A DNA stretch of 64,000 nucleotides, taken from Felis catus. Taxonomy: Eukaryota. Position 1 is the first letter of the stretch. Each line of letters opens with the position of its first letter. The DNA is taken from positions 5,952,001-6,016,000 of the forward strand of contig NC_058369.1 in NCBI RefSeq assembly GCF_018350175.1, read 5' to 3'. The notes under the pieces were generated by a model. The model was not told where the DNA came from. It saw nothing but the letters and a program-made list of their open reading frames with translations, and ran no database searches. Below, piece by piece: positions 13,183-26,107 of this stretch. A program made the translations under genes and the position numbers.

Positions 13183-16100
13183 CTACCTGAAGAAGGGCAG
13201 GTGGTGCTGGCTCAGGACTCCGCTAGTCCTCGGTGACTCGGTCTTCGCCATGACATCCTTGAACCAGGATGCCACGTCTACCTCCAGCATCTCGTAGCGC
13301 TTGATGAAACTGTGTTCCTGTGGGCCCGAGGGGTAGGGCTTAGGACCAGGGAGGAGCCCCAGCGGGGAAACAGGCCCCTGGATGTCCAGATGGGGTCGGG
13401 GGGGGGGGGGGGAGGCAGGGGCCCCAGATACTCACAAGTAGCTTATTATACTTTGGTCTCTTCCTGTGATCCTTAGTAAGGCTAACAGAGAAGAGGGACG
13501 AAACAGAAATCAGAGCTTGGGAAGCGGGGCCTGGCTGTCCCGGGGACACAACTGTCCTCCCTCTGAGACAGCGGTCTTCAGAATCTGGAGGGAAGCGGCT
13601 GCTGTGTTCACAGCCCTGTGCGCTGGCTGAGAAGCCAGAGGACCCAGGGCCTGCACAAATCCCACCTGCGGCGGAAGCCCCACCTGGGCTGGGAGGGGCC
13701 CACGGGAGAGGTGGACCGGGGCTCTCCCGCACGACGATCAAATGGGGACACCACGCGGGCATCATTCTGCTTGTCGCCGCGGGACACACAGACCCCTAGG
13801 CCCCGGGGCACATCGGCTTGTTCACAACCTCCTGTGGCCAAGCCCGAGGGCCATCCTGCCAGTGGCCCACAGGGCCAACTCGGGCCTCGGGTTCCAGCTG
13901 CCGCCCACATCCCCGCCCCGACTGCAGCCTTCTCGCCCACAGCTGCCCCCACCCCCCGCCAGCCCCAAATCTCCCTGGCTGTTCTGAGCGCAGGGCCACA
14001 CCTGACCCCGCCCTGCCTCCCAGAGCACAGCACTGGGGGGGGGGGGGGGGGGGGAGGGGGCCTCCTCACCAGTCTTTGACGAAGGACTGAAAGTCCCCCG
14101 AGAAGCCCATGTGACCGGGCAAGAGCGGGGGCTCTTCCTGCAGGACTTTGGTGAGGACCTCAAAGTCTGTCTTGCAGTTCTTGTAGGGAAACTGTCCCGT
14201 CGCCAGCTCCACCTAGGAGAGAAGCAGGCGGGCTGGGTGGGCCGAGGACTGGTCCCCGCCCTCCCTTACCGCCCTCGTCTGTATCCCAAGAAGACGCTGG
14301 CAGGGGCCCCGCAACTCACCAAGGAGATGCCAAGGCTCCACACATCGGCCCGGATGTCGTAGTCTGGCTTGGTGGGGTCCGGAGGGTCTATGCGCTCAGG
14401 CTGCCGGTGGGAGAAGGGGACGATGTACCCCCAGGGCCGCGGCAGGCGTGCCGCCCAGATCCCCACGCTCGCCCGCCGGGGCGCCGCCGGACCCCCCACT
14501 CACTGCCATGTAGGCGGCACAGCCCGCGCTGCGCGTCTTGGCCTTGGAATCGACGAGACGGCCGCTGATGCCGAAGTCGCAGAGCTTGATCTGGCCCCGC
14601 TCGTCCAGCAGGATGTTGGAGGGCTTGACGTCACGGTGGATCACGCCGTGCTTCTCCTTCAGGTAGTACAGCGCCTTCACGATCTGCGGCGAGGACAGCG
14701 GAGGGCACCCGTGATGGGAGGATGGGGGCCCAGGGGCCACCCGCCCGGCCGCACCCCTGTCGGGCTGCTCACCGCCACCGTCATCTTGCCCAGGATCCGC
14801 TCGGGAATGGGGCCCTGCACCCGCTTCTTGAGCTTCTCGGCGCACGTGCCCATGAGCTCCATGGCGATGAAAACATCCGTCTGTGGGGGCGGCACGTGCC
14901 GGCTCGGGGGGCAGCCGCACCCTCCGGCCCACCCCACACAGACCAGCAGCAGGGGGCACACCCGGAGATCAGCAAGGACACCTGGGGAGCCCACCAGAGC
15001 CCACCTGGGGAACACCAGAGGCCTGGACTCACATTAGTGATGAAGGTCCCGAAGCACTGCACGATGTAGGGGCAGTCATGGCTCTTGAGGACCACATCCA
15101 GGTCCATGAGGATCCGCTTGTTCTCCTCCTTGTTCCCCGAGCGCCGCATTTGCTGCACGGGACGGCCGGGGAGCCTTAGTGCCCGGTCTCGGGGCGGGGC
15201 GCCCGCTGGGGACGGGGGCGGGGCTCACCTTGACGGCAATGACATGGCCCGTCTTCCTGAAGCGCATCTTCCACACCTGGCCGCAAGTGCCGCTGCCCAT
15301 CTCGCCCAGGTTCTCCAGATCGTGGATTTCTGCCTGGTACCGCTGTCGAGGACAGCCAGAGCTGGAGGCTCTGCCGGGTCCCCGCCTGCCCCCGACAAAG
15401 ACCTAGCCCCACCACGTGTCCTGCCCGCCCCCCCCAGGGGTCAGGGCGAGGTGGTACCTGGCCCCCGATGGTTAGGTAGCCCGTCTGCTTCATGATCTCC
15501 TGTAGCTTCTGGTCAATTTCGATGCTGAGGGAACAGGGAGGAGGTCCCGGTGGAGGAGGGTCCCAACCAAACTGAGGCCACCCCAGTCCCCGTCACACAG
15601 GGGTTCCCCACAGATTTCACCCCCCTCCTCCCTGGGGCGGGCAAAGCGGCCTCCCCACACTGACCTCCTGACCCCCGCACTGGCCAGCTGGCCCCATCCG
15701 ACAGCTCACCTCTCCATGCTGCGGGGTGTGAACAAGGTTGACGGAAGCCCCAGCATGTGGCGGGGCCGGGCAGGGGGTGTGGGGTGCTGTGGGGAGCTCT
15801 CGGAGGACGGTGAGCGGCTGCCCCCATCATTGGCCAGCGGGAGCTGCAGGGCTGGGGAGGGGGGGGGTGAGAGCCAGGGGTGAGAGGGGTTAGCTGGCAC
15901 TGTGGGGTCTTCGGGGGACTCCGGTCTTCCCCTCCCTGGCATCAGGTAGGCCAACACAGACATGGGCTGGAGGAGCTAAGGTCTCCCTCCCACCCCCAAC
16001 CACTCTCAGGGTGCCTTCTCCTGCCCCCCTGACCTGGAAGAAGATGGAGTGGGCTGGCAGGGAGGGGTGGTCCCCAGAGGCTGAGGGATTGTCCCCAAGT

Positions 16101-17916
16101 CTATGCTGACACAGGATCAAGGCCCAGAGGCTGACGGCACCCTTCAGCCAGGCAGTCTTCCTTATGTGTCCCTTTCTGCCCCACCTCTGCCCAGGAGCAG
16201 GCCCAGGGCCACGGTGCCCACGCTCCGGACCACGTGAGGAAGGAACGCCCGCCAGGATCAGCCTGGGCTCTGGCCCTGTTGGGAGCACTGCACGTGGCTG
16301 CCCAATAAGAATCAAGCAGACCACCCCAGGGAGACAATGAGCGAGGGACGCAAGCTTCCAGCTGCCTTGCCGCACATTCTGTTCCAGGGTCAGGGAGGGC
16401 CATCCTCTAGCCAGCAGGCTCGTTTCTGAGCCTCCCAGCTCGGCCTACAAAGCTGGGGCCAACGGGCGGGGGCAGGACCCCAGGCTGGGCCTGTGTCCTT
16501 TGGGTGAGGGGCTCCGGGCGGCACAGCCCCTCCAAGGGCTGGTGGGACGGGAGGTGGGGCACGGGCCAGGCAGTGGGGTTTGGTTCTTCTCAGCAGCCTG
16601 CATGCGGACAGCTTGGGCATGCTACAGGCAGGCAGGCAGGCAGCGGGCAGGCAGCGGTCACCCCAGGATGGGCAGGCGGCATTCGGGGATCGGGAGGGCA
16701 GGAGACAGACAGACAAATGGGAGCCAAGACTTGGAGCCCAGCTGCCCAGAGGGGGCGCTGCAGAGACAGGCCAGACAGGGGCCCGGGACAGGACAGGAGG
16801 TTCTCGGAGTGGCTAGAATCCTCCCTGGCTGGGCTGGCAATAGGGTCGAGGAGCAGAGACCGGTGTGGTCCCTGGAGAAGACACATGACCCTCCACTCAA
16901 CCCTCATGCCCCCAGAGTCCCTGGAAGTGCTCCAGAAGGGGTCCCTAGCTGGGTAGGGCACTGGCTCCACGAGCTAAGGGGCCAGAAGAGGACGTTTCGT
17001 GGAGAACGGCCAGGAGGCCTGGGGCCTGCCGCTCTGCCCCTGGCCTCCCCCCCGCACCCCACCTACACCTCCTGCCACGGCCCACCCCTTCCTCCTCCAG
17101 TTCTGTAAGCACCTGGTGATGTGGGCCCAGTGACCAACGTACAGAGACAAATATGCCTGAATTGCTGGCATGTGGGCACTTTCCCTGCCTTGCCAGCCTG
17201 GGACCCTGACCACATCTAGAGTGAGGGGGCAGGCATGTGACCCTTGCCTACAATTGAAAATGGGATGCGGGTCTTGCTAAGGGCTGGTAAGAGCAAAGGA
17301 AAGGCCCGGGGGACCAGTGCCCATCAGCCTGCACTGGCCTGGGGGCCTGACCTCCTGGGCCCCCTCCCTGCTGTTCCAGCCCCTTGCTTTGTAATCCCCT
17401 GCTTCATTACACGGCCATGGCCAGAGGCAGAATCCTCATCCCTCCCTCCCTGGCCCAACCACCTCAGGGACACTCGAGGGCCCCCCATGCTGTCCCTGTA
17501 CCTGGGCTCTCTGGAGACACTGCCAGGCTCTCACCCCCTGGAGGATATCTGGGCCCCCTTTCTGCCCTACACTGTCAGGTGTGTGGGGTGAGGACCACAC
17601 CCTACCCTCTCTGTACTTCTCAGGGGGGTGCAGACGCTTCCTGGGGTCCTTCAGACTGAAGCATGGTGGAGATTTGAGTGGGGCCAGTGTGGGGTGACTA
17701 AGGTGGGGGGAAAGGGGCAGATACACAAAGGCCCTGAAAACAGAGGTCACAGAGGTGGGGACAGGCCACGCGGCAGGTCAGGAGGGCACAGTGAGAGCAA
17801 GAGGCTGAAAGAGAGAGAAAGAGAGAATGAGACAGAACAAGAGAGGGCATGAAAGCACATGGCCAACAGGAGCCACAGATGTACTAGGCTGCCAGCCCAA
17901 CACGTGCACGCACGTG

Positions 17917-17967
<51 letters not shown>

Positions 17968-18384
17968 CACACGCGTCTGCTCCCAGACCCACCGGCAACT
18001 GCACTCAGGCCTCAGCTGGCTGCCTTCTCTACCTTCCTTCACATGCTCCCCACCTCCCATGAGACTGCGCTCAGATCGCAGCTTCTCCAGAGGCTTCCCC
18101 AACTGGGCCCCCGCTGCAGAACCCCAACCCAGCTCTACTCTGCCTTTTCTGCAAGGCATCACCGCTTTCTCCACTTCTCCCAGACCAGGAGGATGCTCCC
18201 TGTCAGGGAGCGTCAGCCGCAGAAGGAAGGGGCCTTGGTCCATATTCTGTCTGCCGCCGTGTCCCTAGCACCTAAAACAGACACGGAACGTGGCAGGCAA
18301 TACATGTTCGCCGTACTGTCGGAACGGACCAACAGATGTAGCCCGATGGCCTTGGCCCCGCTTTCCCTCTTTCCCTCACGTGCG

Positions 18385-18436
<52 letters not shown>

Positions 18437-20694
18437 ATCTCTCACGGGTGGCAGACTCCTGGCCGGTGAAGGAGCCCATTTCCTCTTCAGGGGAGTCCAA
18501 ACCTGAGCTCACCAGGAAGGGAGGAGCGGAAGGTGAGAGAACACAGAAGAGGCCAAGTGGGCCGAACATCACTGATCACGGATCGGGTGGAAGGACAGAG
18601 AGTAAGAGTGACAGGCGCGGGCACGCACACACACACCGCACACACAGCATGGGGCNNNNNNNNNNNNNNNNNNNNNNNNNNNNNNNNNNNNNNNNNNNNN
18701 NNNNNNNNNNNNNNNNNNNNNNNNNNNNNNNNNNNNNNNNNNNNNNNNNNNNNNNNNNNNNNNNNNNNNNNNNNNNNNNNNNNNNNNNNNNNNNNNNNNN
18801 NNNNNNNNNNNNNNNNNNNNNNNNNNNNNNNNNNNNNNNNNNNNNNNNNNNNNNNNNNNNNNNNNNNNNNNNNNNNNNNNNNNNNNNNNNNNGAGGCGCG
18901 AGGCACCAAAGTGCAGAGACGGGTAGAAACCACAGAGATGGGAGGACCAGGAGGATGGGATGGAGCTGACACAGACACAGACGCCTGGAGGGGGCTCCTC
19001 GGGGGCCTGCCCACCACGGGCCTCACCGTACCACACTCTGCACCTGGGACAGCCACCCCGTAAGGCACCGCAGGCCCCATGCCCAGCCCTGTCTCATCCA
19101 AGCTGGGGCTGCGGGAGGCAGCATCGCAGACCCCAGCAGGGACCCTCCGGTGTCGGGAGGGTATCTGCCCAGGGAGGAGCCCACACTACCCCAGGTCAGA
19201 AGAGGAAGGGAGGAGTGGACTGCACACAGGGTTGGTGGGGGCACTCAGGCTGTGAAGGTCAGGCTGGATGAGCAGGGAGAGACTGGAATACCCCGATGTG
19301 GGCGCATGTCCCCCTCCTATCAGGATGACCCCACAGGGAGCTGCATAAGCTACATGAATCGCGGAAGAATCACAAAGGAGGGTCAGGTGTTAGCTCAAGA
19401 GAGCAAGGTGCTCCTCATCAGGTCTGGGGAGAGGGTGAAGGCCTCATGCCCTCCAGCTGAGAGATTTGGGGAAGGGGTTCTGTGGGACAAAACAAAGAGA
19501 CTAGACAGTGGTAGTGTCATGGCAATCCCTGGCCAGGTGTTGAGTGCCGGGGAGGGGCAGCTTTTGACTCCAAACAATAAGACGCCAGGCAGGTAGTCAC
19601 AGAGACGGTGGGATCAGAAGTGAGGTGTACACGGGCTGGGATAGCACCACACTGGCCTCAGGTATCCCTAGGCCAGGTGAATGTGGGTGTGCAGGAAGTC
19701 ACTTGAGTCCAGGTGACAACGTTGCCAGGCTGGAAGCTGGGTGTGTATTTTCGGAGAGGCCAGACAGTCGCCAAGATGAAGTAGGAGGGGGCCTGGTGTA
19801 TGTGGGTAGGGTGTGTGCGGGAGGGGGTCTGCGAGGCCGAAGGACAAGGTCCCAGCCTAGTAAAAAGGGATCACCAGACACAGTCACAGAAAAGGAGGTC
19901 AGAGGAATAGGGGGTTATATGTGGTCAAATAATCTCAGGTGTCAGCCGGGCCAGGTGTGCGTGTATGAATGCGAGTGGACCATCCACTGAACCATATGAC
20001 AAGGACCCAGGTGCAGAGGTTGGGAGAAGGGGCCCCCTGCCAGTCACTGAGATGGCAGGCGTGAAATCATCTGGTCGGAAGGGACGTGCACATGTTTGCG
20101 GGGGATCTGGATGTGGTCACAGTCGCTCGGATTAAGGGGAGCCCGGCTCCTAGAGTAGGTGACGATGACACGGGCTCCGAGGATCACGGTGAGGGGGCGG
20201 GTCATCAGATGGGGAGGCCTTGCCCTAGGGCCGGGTGACTAGGCTCATAGGCCCCGTAAGGGGGATCCCCCTAGGCTGGGGGGAGGGCCTCCCGGGAGCC
20301 CGCCGGCCCCACGCCCCCCTGGGTCACCGTGACCCTCTCCCCGCGAGCCGACAGCAGGGGGTATAGGGTGGAGAGAAGGAGGAGCAAGAGCGCCCCGGAA
20401 GCGAGGGCGGGGCCTGACGGCGGGGGCGGGGCNNNNNNNNNNNNNNNNNNNNNNNNNNNNNNNNNNNNNNNNNNNNNNNNNNNNNNNNNNNNNNNNNNNN
20501 NNNNNNNNNNNNNNNNNNNNNNNNNNNNNNNNNNNNNNNNNNNNNNNNNNNNNNNNNNNNNNNNNNNNNNNNNNNNNNNNNNNNNNNNNNNNNNNNNNNN
20601 NNNNNNNNNNNNNNNNNNNNNNNNNNNNNNNNNNNNNNNNNNNNNNNNNNNNNNNNNNNNNNNNNNNNNNNNNNNNNNNNNNNNNNNNNNNNNN
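13183..20694 (-). CDS. MAP2K7: Dual-specificity MAP kinase kinase 7 (MKK7, JNK activator)
   Basis: Visible exons 15851-15710, 15524-15458, 15342-15229, 15152-15033, 14880-14773, 14683-14504, 14400-14320, 14212-14070, 13481-13436, 13317-13183. Motifs [25 protein letters not shown]. Exon 1 is inferred in gap 20433-20694 and the alternative exon 2 in gap 18656-18892, so the upstream coordinate is approximate. Confidence 0.97.
17900..17965. repeat. Compound CACGTG/(CG)n/(CA)n microsatellite
   Basis: Uninterrupted purine-pyrimidine alternation of about 65 nt. Confidence 0.95.
18377..18436. repeat. Compound (CG)n/(CA)n microsatellite flanked by CACGTG
   Basis: CACGTG(CG)n(CA)nCGTG. Confidence 0.95.
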
Positions 20695-21100
20695 CGCCGA
20701 GCCGCCGTCTCTCCCTGCACGGCGCATGTCCGCGGCGCGCACTCGCCCGTCCCTCGTGCTAACCTCCGCGCATGCGTGCTTCTTCCCGGCCGGAGAGATG
20801 ACGCCACCTAGAGTTCGCGTCGGGCAACGTGCAAAGCCGCTCATCGTGATGCGCATGCGCGGACTCGGAGCCCTTTCTCGAGAGGCACTGCGTTGAAATC
20901 CATTCACGGTTCTGCGGACCGCGGCAGGCGGGGAGAGCGGCGCGCCTGCGTGCAGAGGGGTAGACGCAATCCCGCGCTTTGCCTTTGCTGCGCATGCGCA
21001 ACCTTGGTTCTTTCCGCGGCCGCTGTTGCTGGGAGTAGCTCTTGCTATGTGTCCTCAGCCTCGTTTTCGCTGTTCCCCGCCCGGCCTGTTCTCTGGCACC
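20695..21100 (-). promoter_or_regulatory. MAP2K7 CpG-island promoter with NRF1 sites
   Basis: TGCGCATGCGCA (20989-21000), TGCGCATGCGCG (20850-20861), CGCGCATGCGTG (20767-20778), and CRE-like TGACGCCA near 20799. Confidence 0.8.
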
Positions 21101-21979
21101 CACGCTCCCTCAGGACTGCCTTTCTCTTACGGGACAGTGTTTCATTAGGATCGCTGTTATGCCTAATTGCTGCCTCCTCCCCATAATTAGGCACCCGTGG
21201 GGAGCCCTTTCTATTTCAGCAAACTCGGGGGTGGCTAAGGACCGGCGGGAGGGACGGGGTAGGGCTCGGGTCACTGTAGCGGCCTTAGGAGTCCAGCGGC
21301 ATGACCCCTGACCTCGACCACAGGGCCAGGGTCATGGCCAGAGAGTTCCAGGCCAGACCCACCTGGGACATTTTAAGACGTTCCCTCATCTTCCCGCCCC
21401 GGAATGTGAGCCCAGCGTCTGGACAGTGCGGTAGATGGGCTTTGGTGTTAATGTCCCTCAGCCTGTCATCCTCGCGGCTTAACTGGCACGGTGGGTGCCG
21501 GGAAAATGTCCCCATCTGCAGTCCTGGTTTCCGGAAAGCAGCTCGTCTCTGCTCTCAGTTGCCAGGAAGAGGCTCACATTTTGCAGGCATCTCGAGGTGT
21601 CCAGTCCCAGGAAGTCAGGGTCAGGCAGGCTGTGCCATACGCCCTGCCTACTCCCGGGCCCGCACGGGATCACTGGTGGGCATTGAAGGCTTGTGGGGAC
21701 TCCTATGGTGACAACTTACGGGTGGAACAGATAAAAGACTGGAGTCCGGAGAATCACAAGGAATGGAGAGGAAAAGGGGTTCTCCAGAAAAAAAAGCTGA
21801 GCAGAAGATGCCACTTAATTTCTCCTGCTGAGGTCTGTCTTTGCTCCCAGGACGGATCTCATACCCTTCATTCTGACACGTTAGTGTCACTGCTTGCCTG
21901 TCATTGGTCTGGATGAAATGGAAGGCTTAGACGACAGGAGTGGATACCAGAGGTCAGAATTTTAGTTCTCATAGTATTA

Positions 21980-21985
21980 TTTATT
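21980..21985 (-). terminator. polyA signal of LRRC8E
   Basis: AATAAA on - strand about 1 kb after the stop. Confidence 0.65.
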
Positions 21986-22072
21986 AACCACCCACTGATA
22001 GATGCTCCCTCACACAGAGAACATTTGAAAGACACAAAGTCCCTGCCTGTTCTCAGAAACATGTAAATTCCA

Positions 22073-22460
22073 CAGCAGGTGTTCTTAACCCTGGAGTCTG
22101 CTATCCTTAGGATGTCCGTGAATGGCCCTCTGGGAAATCTGGGGGAATCTGTTGACCGCCTGAAGTAGCTTTGGAATTTGGCATGTGTGTGTACATTTTC
22201 CTGGGCAAGGAGGTGCCCAACTTTTATAAGATGTTCAAAAGTCCTAGGTCTTCAAAAGGGTTCAGAACCCCGGCTCTGAACATCCAGATTCTGTAGGTCA
22301 GCATTTCCCAACATACAGGCCTAGGACCACCCGCATCAGAATTACCTGGGATGCTGATTCACAGACTGGCTGGCCTCCAGCCAGACCTGAGTCAGTCTTT
22401 CAGGGGTGGGGCCTGGGATGTTTTGTTCTGGGGCTGTTGATTTTGATGCAAGGCCAAACA
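22073..22460. mobile_element. Old hAT-Charlie DNA transposon remnants (second part MER5-like) in the LRRC8E 3'UTR
   Basis: TIR-like GTTCTTAACC...GGTTCAGAAC; MER5-like GCATCAGAATTACCTGGG...GGGGTGGGGCCTGGGA. Confidence 0.5.
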
Positions 22461-22978
22461 TGAGGACCATTTTACTGAGTTCACGTGTCCATAGCAAACA
22501 ACTTATAAATAAGGGATTGGCATCAAAGTTGGGGGCAGGGGTCGCTGGTCCCTTGTGTCTGTGTCCCCTCCTTGGGAGAGAACCGCAGATGTAAGCTGTT
22601 TGGGTTGGGGGAGAAAGGGTTGAAATCCCATTGGGATGTGCCTCACCCCCACATACGGCACTAATTGAGCTAGAATGTCCGGGGGCAGGGCAGGACAGCC
22701 AGCCAAAGACACAGGTGTGCTTTTGGTCTGAGACTCCTGTGACTGAGTTGATCCCTCTACGACGGTCCACCCCAAATCCACAGCCTCCTGTCTCTTCTCG
22801 GACAAACCAATCTCAGGATCTTGTCTGGACCCTCCCCCCCCCCCCCCCCAAGGCTGATGTGTCTGCTCCTCGTCTCCTGGCCTGGGCCCTCTCGGCCACC
22901 TCGCTTGAAGACGATAGTAGAGATTCTGGGGTGGAAGCATCCAGAAGGCCTCTACCCCAACCTGCCCCACCTTTCGCT

Positions 22979-25900
22979 TCATTCCTCCTCCATTTTTTCC
23001 CGCACCTCCGCTGGCAGGCCCTCGTAAAGGGTGTCCTCCACCAGGAGCCCCACTCTCTTGAGCCCCACACAGTTGCCAAGTTCTTCCGGCAGAGCCTCCA
23101 AGCGGTTGCCCTTGAGCTCCAGGCGGCTGAGGGCCCTGAGGGCCCCCACCTGGGGCGAGAGCTGGCTCAAGTGGTTGTAGCCCAGGAGCAACGTCCGCAG
23201 CTTGCGGCAGAAGAAGAGCTCCTCCGGCAGGGCCTCCAGGGCGTTGTAGGACACGGCCAGGTGCTGCAGGCTCTGGAGGAGGCCCAGCTCGGGCGGCAGG
23301 GAGCGCAGCCCGTTGTGGGAGATGTCCAGCAGGCGGAGGCCAGAGCACAGGCCGAGCTGGGTGGGCAGGGTCTCCAGCTTGTTGTGGCTGAGGTAGAGCT
23401 GCTCGAGGCCCCGGAGCTTGCGCACGTGCTCGGGGACGTAGGCGATCTGGTTGTGCCACAGCCTGAGCGTGACCAGCTTGCGACAGTGCTGGAAGCTGAG
23501 GATCTCTTCGATGGAGCGCAAGCGGTTGTCCTTGAGGTCAAGTTCCTGCAGCGCCCCCAGGCTGAAGATGGCATGGGGGATGCGCTCCAGCCCGCAGGCC
23601 ACCAGCTCCAGCTCGCGCAGCGCCGCCAGCTTCTTGAGGCTGTTCAGGGCCAGCAGGCGGGCCCCGTCGTTGTGCAGACTAAGCCGCTGCAGGTGCCCGG
23701 CCACGTCGGTCACGCTGGCTGGCACCTTGCTGGCATTGCTCCGCAGAGACAGCACCTTGAGCTGCTTCAGCTCCCGGAGGCTCTCGAGGGTCGCCGCCCG
23801 AGCCAGCTCCGGGGGGAAGAGCCCCTCGAGGTGCAGCTCCTCCAGGCCACGCAGCCCGAACACCCACAGGGGCACCTCGCGGAGCTCCTCACACTTGACC
23901 CGGATGACCTTCAGGCGGTCCCGCAGGAAGATCTGCAAGGAGAAGGGCAGCCGGGCGGGCGAGTGAAGCAGGCTGAGCTCCTGCAGGTGCACCAGCTGCG
24001 AGAGGCCCGGGGGGAAGGTGACGTCGCAGATGGCCTCCAGCCGGAGCGCCTCCACCTCGCTGAGCTCGAAGACGGCGTCGGGCAGCCCCGGGAGCATGCA
24101 GAGGGCCAGCTCGAGCCGGCCGCGGGCGTTGCGCTGCAGCTTCTGCCGCAGCTTCTCGGGCGTCCACTCGTGGTTCAGGTTGAGCTGCTTCAGGCGGCTC
24201 TCGCTGACCTCGGAGAGGAAGACGGCAAAGCGCTTGGAGTAGAGGGAGTCATACTGGTCGATGAGGTGCAGCATGAAAGCAAAGTCGTTCTTGACGTCGG
24301 GGATGTCACCCATGCCCGTCTCCTCCCGCACAGAACGGAAGGAGTACTCCTTGAGGGGCCGGTGGAAGAGCCAGTAGAGGGTGTAGAGACAGGTGATCCC
24401 GTAGACGCACACGAAGGAGATGTAGCAGAAAGCCAGCTTGGAGAAGAGGTGGGCCTTCGTGTGGTTGCAGCAGAAGCTGGCGTAGCCCGTGACCTCCGAG
24501 GTCTCCACCCTGCAGGCCACCAGGAAGCTGATCTTCTCCACGTAGACCAGGTTGTAGACCAGGATGGCAAAGAACTTGCAGACTTTGAGCACCGTCTGCC
24601 GGATGTACATGGTGTACAAGATGTCCCCCTCTTCCACGTGCACGCGGAACTTCTTGACCTTCTCAAACAGGGCTTTGGCCTGCTCACCCTCCTTCTTGTC
24701 CAGTAGGGTGACGGCTGGTGGCTCAGTCACCACCTTCTCGGGCTCCACCAGCACCTGTTCCTTCTCACCCTCATTGGCTTTTCCCGGCCCCGCCGAGGCC
24801 TCCACGGTCGCTGTCGCCCGTCCGGTGGTGGGGCCCTTCTGGTTCTCCCCAGAGACCTCGGACAGGGCCCGTGTGGTCCACGGAGAGTCGAAACACTTGC
24901 CCAGAATGGAGATGAAGTGCTCGATCTTGGAGCTGGTGCCGGGGAACTTGAACCAGAAGCTGGTGCAGACCATGAAGATGAGCGTGTGAATGACGACCAG
25001 GTAGGGGAAGTACTTGGCGTACCAGTGGAGGGCTGTCTCGTAGCAGAGCTGGTTAATGAAGCTGTACTGCTGGAGGTCCAGATTGTTCTTGAGGCCGCTT
25101 ACCTCCCGGAGGCCCCCCATCTGCTCCGAGACGCCCCGAGGCAGCAGTTGCTGGCAGGGGGCCTCTGAGAAATTCTCCCGGAGTTCGTGGCTGGGCAGAC
25201 AGATGATCTTGTCCTGTGTCACCTGGGAATGAGGGGGAAAGAGGGCCAAGGAGCTGGGATGGCCTGTACGGTTGGGGGGAGAAAGGCAGGCTGAAGGTGG
25301 GAGACCCCAATCCCTGACTGTCCCCAGTGGGCTGTGACTTTGGAAGAGTCACTAAACTTCTGAGAATCAATCTTTGTCTGAAAAAAAGGAGTTAGGTTGA
25401 ATTGCATCTTCCTTCTCCCTCCCGCGCCCCCGCACCCCCCCCCCCCCCCGCCGAAAGATACTGACCTCCTAATCCTTAATACCTGTGGACAGATAGTCTT
25501 TGCAAAGCAGATGTGATCAAGTTAAGGTGGGGTCATTAAGGTGAGCTCTAATCCAGTGCGACCGTGTCCGTATAAAAAGGAGCCATTTGCACAGAGACCC
25601 GTGCGCAGAAGGGAGATGAGAGAAGGCCTGAGGCCACCAGAAGCCAGGAGAGAGGCATGGGACACATACATGCTCCCTCACAGCCCGTAGAAACACACAA
25701 CCCTGTCAACCCTTTGACCTCACACGCTCAGAGCGGGTAGCCCTCCGGAATATCCGGGCCGCGACCCCACACGCCCCGCCTCTCCGACCCGCTCAAACAG
25801 GCCCCGCCCCTGCAGGTCCCGCCCCCACAGGCGGGCCACACCCGGGCCCCGCCCCCTACGTGCCCCACCAACTACCCGCTCATCCGGGTCCCGCCCCTCT

Positions 25901-26107
25901 CCACGCACCCAGGCCCCAACCCCTGCAGGCCGCGCTCCATCCAGGCCCCGCTCCTGCCTCGCGCCTCACCTGCAGGGTGCAGCCGAAGACCCCGATCATG
26001 AGCATAGCCACGGTGAGGTACTCCGCCAGCACGTCCCACCAGGGTTTGAGCACCTTGAACGCAGGCTGCTGCTCCGTGAACTGCTTGAACTCGGCCACCG
26101 GAATCAT
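22979..26107 (-). CDS. LRRC8E: Volume-regulated anion channel subunit LRRC8E, 793 aa
   Basis: Exons 26107-25970 ([10 protein letters not shown]...KPWWD...GCTLQ) and 25222-22979 (TM region YAKYFPY, then leucine-rich repeats); phase-0 GT-AG junction. Confidence 0.97.
25460..25720 (+). mobile_element. MaLR (MLT1-type) LTR fragment
   Basis: GTGATCAAGTTAAGGTGGGGTCATT...CTAATCCAGTG...CCACCAGAAGCCAGGAGAGAGGCATGG...CCCTGTCAACCCTTTGA. Confidence 0.65.

Noticed and set aside
15852-15963. In-frame ATG extension upstream of MAP2K7 exon 3
   Set aside because: It runs through a normal pyrimidine tract and acceptor, has a weak start context and gives no recognisable peptide.
22631-24706. 691-aa + strand ORF
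   Set aside because: Antisense shadow of the GC3-rich LRRC8E coding exon with no independent protein features.
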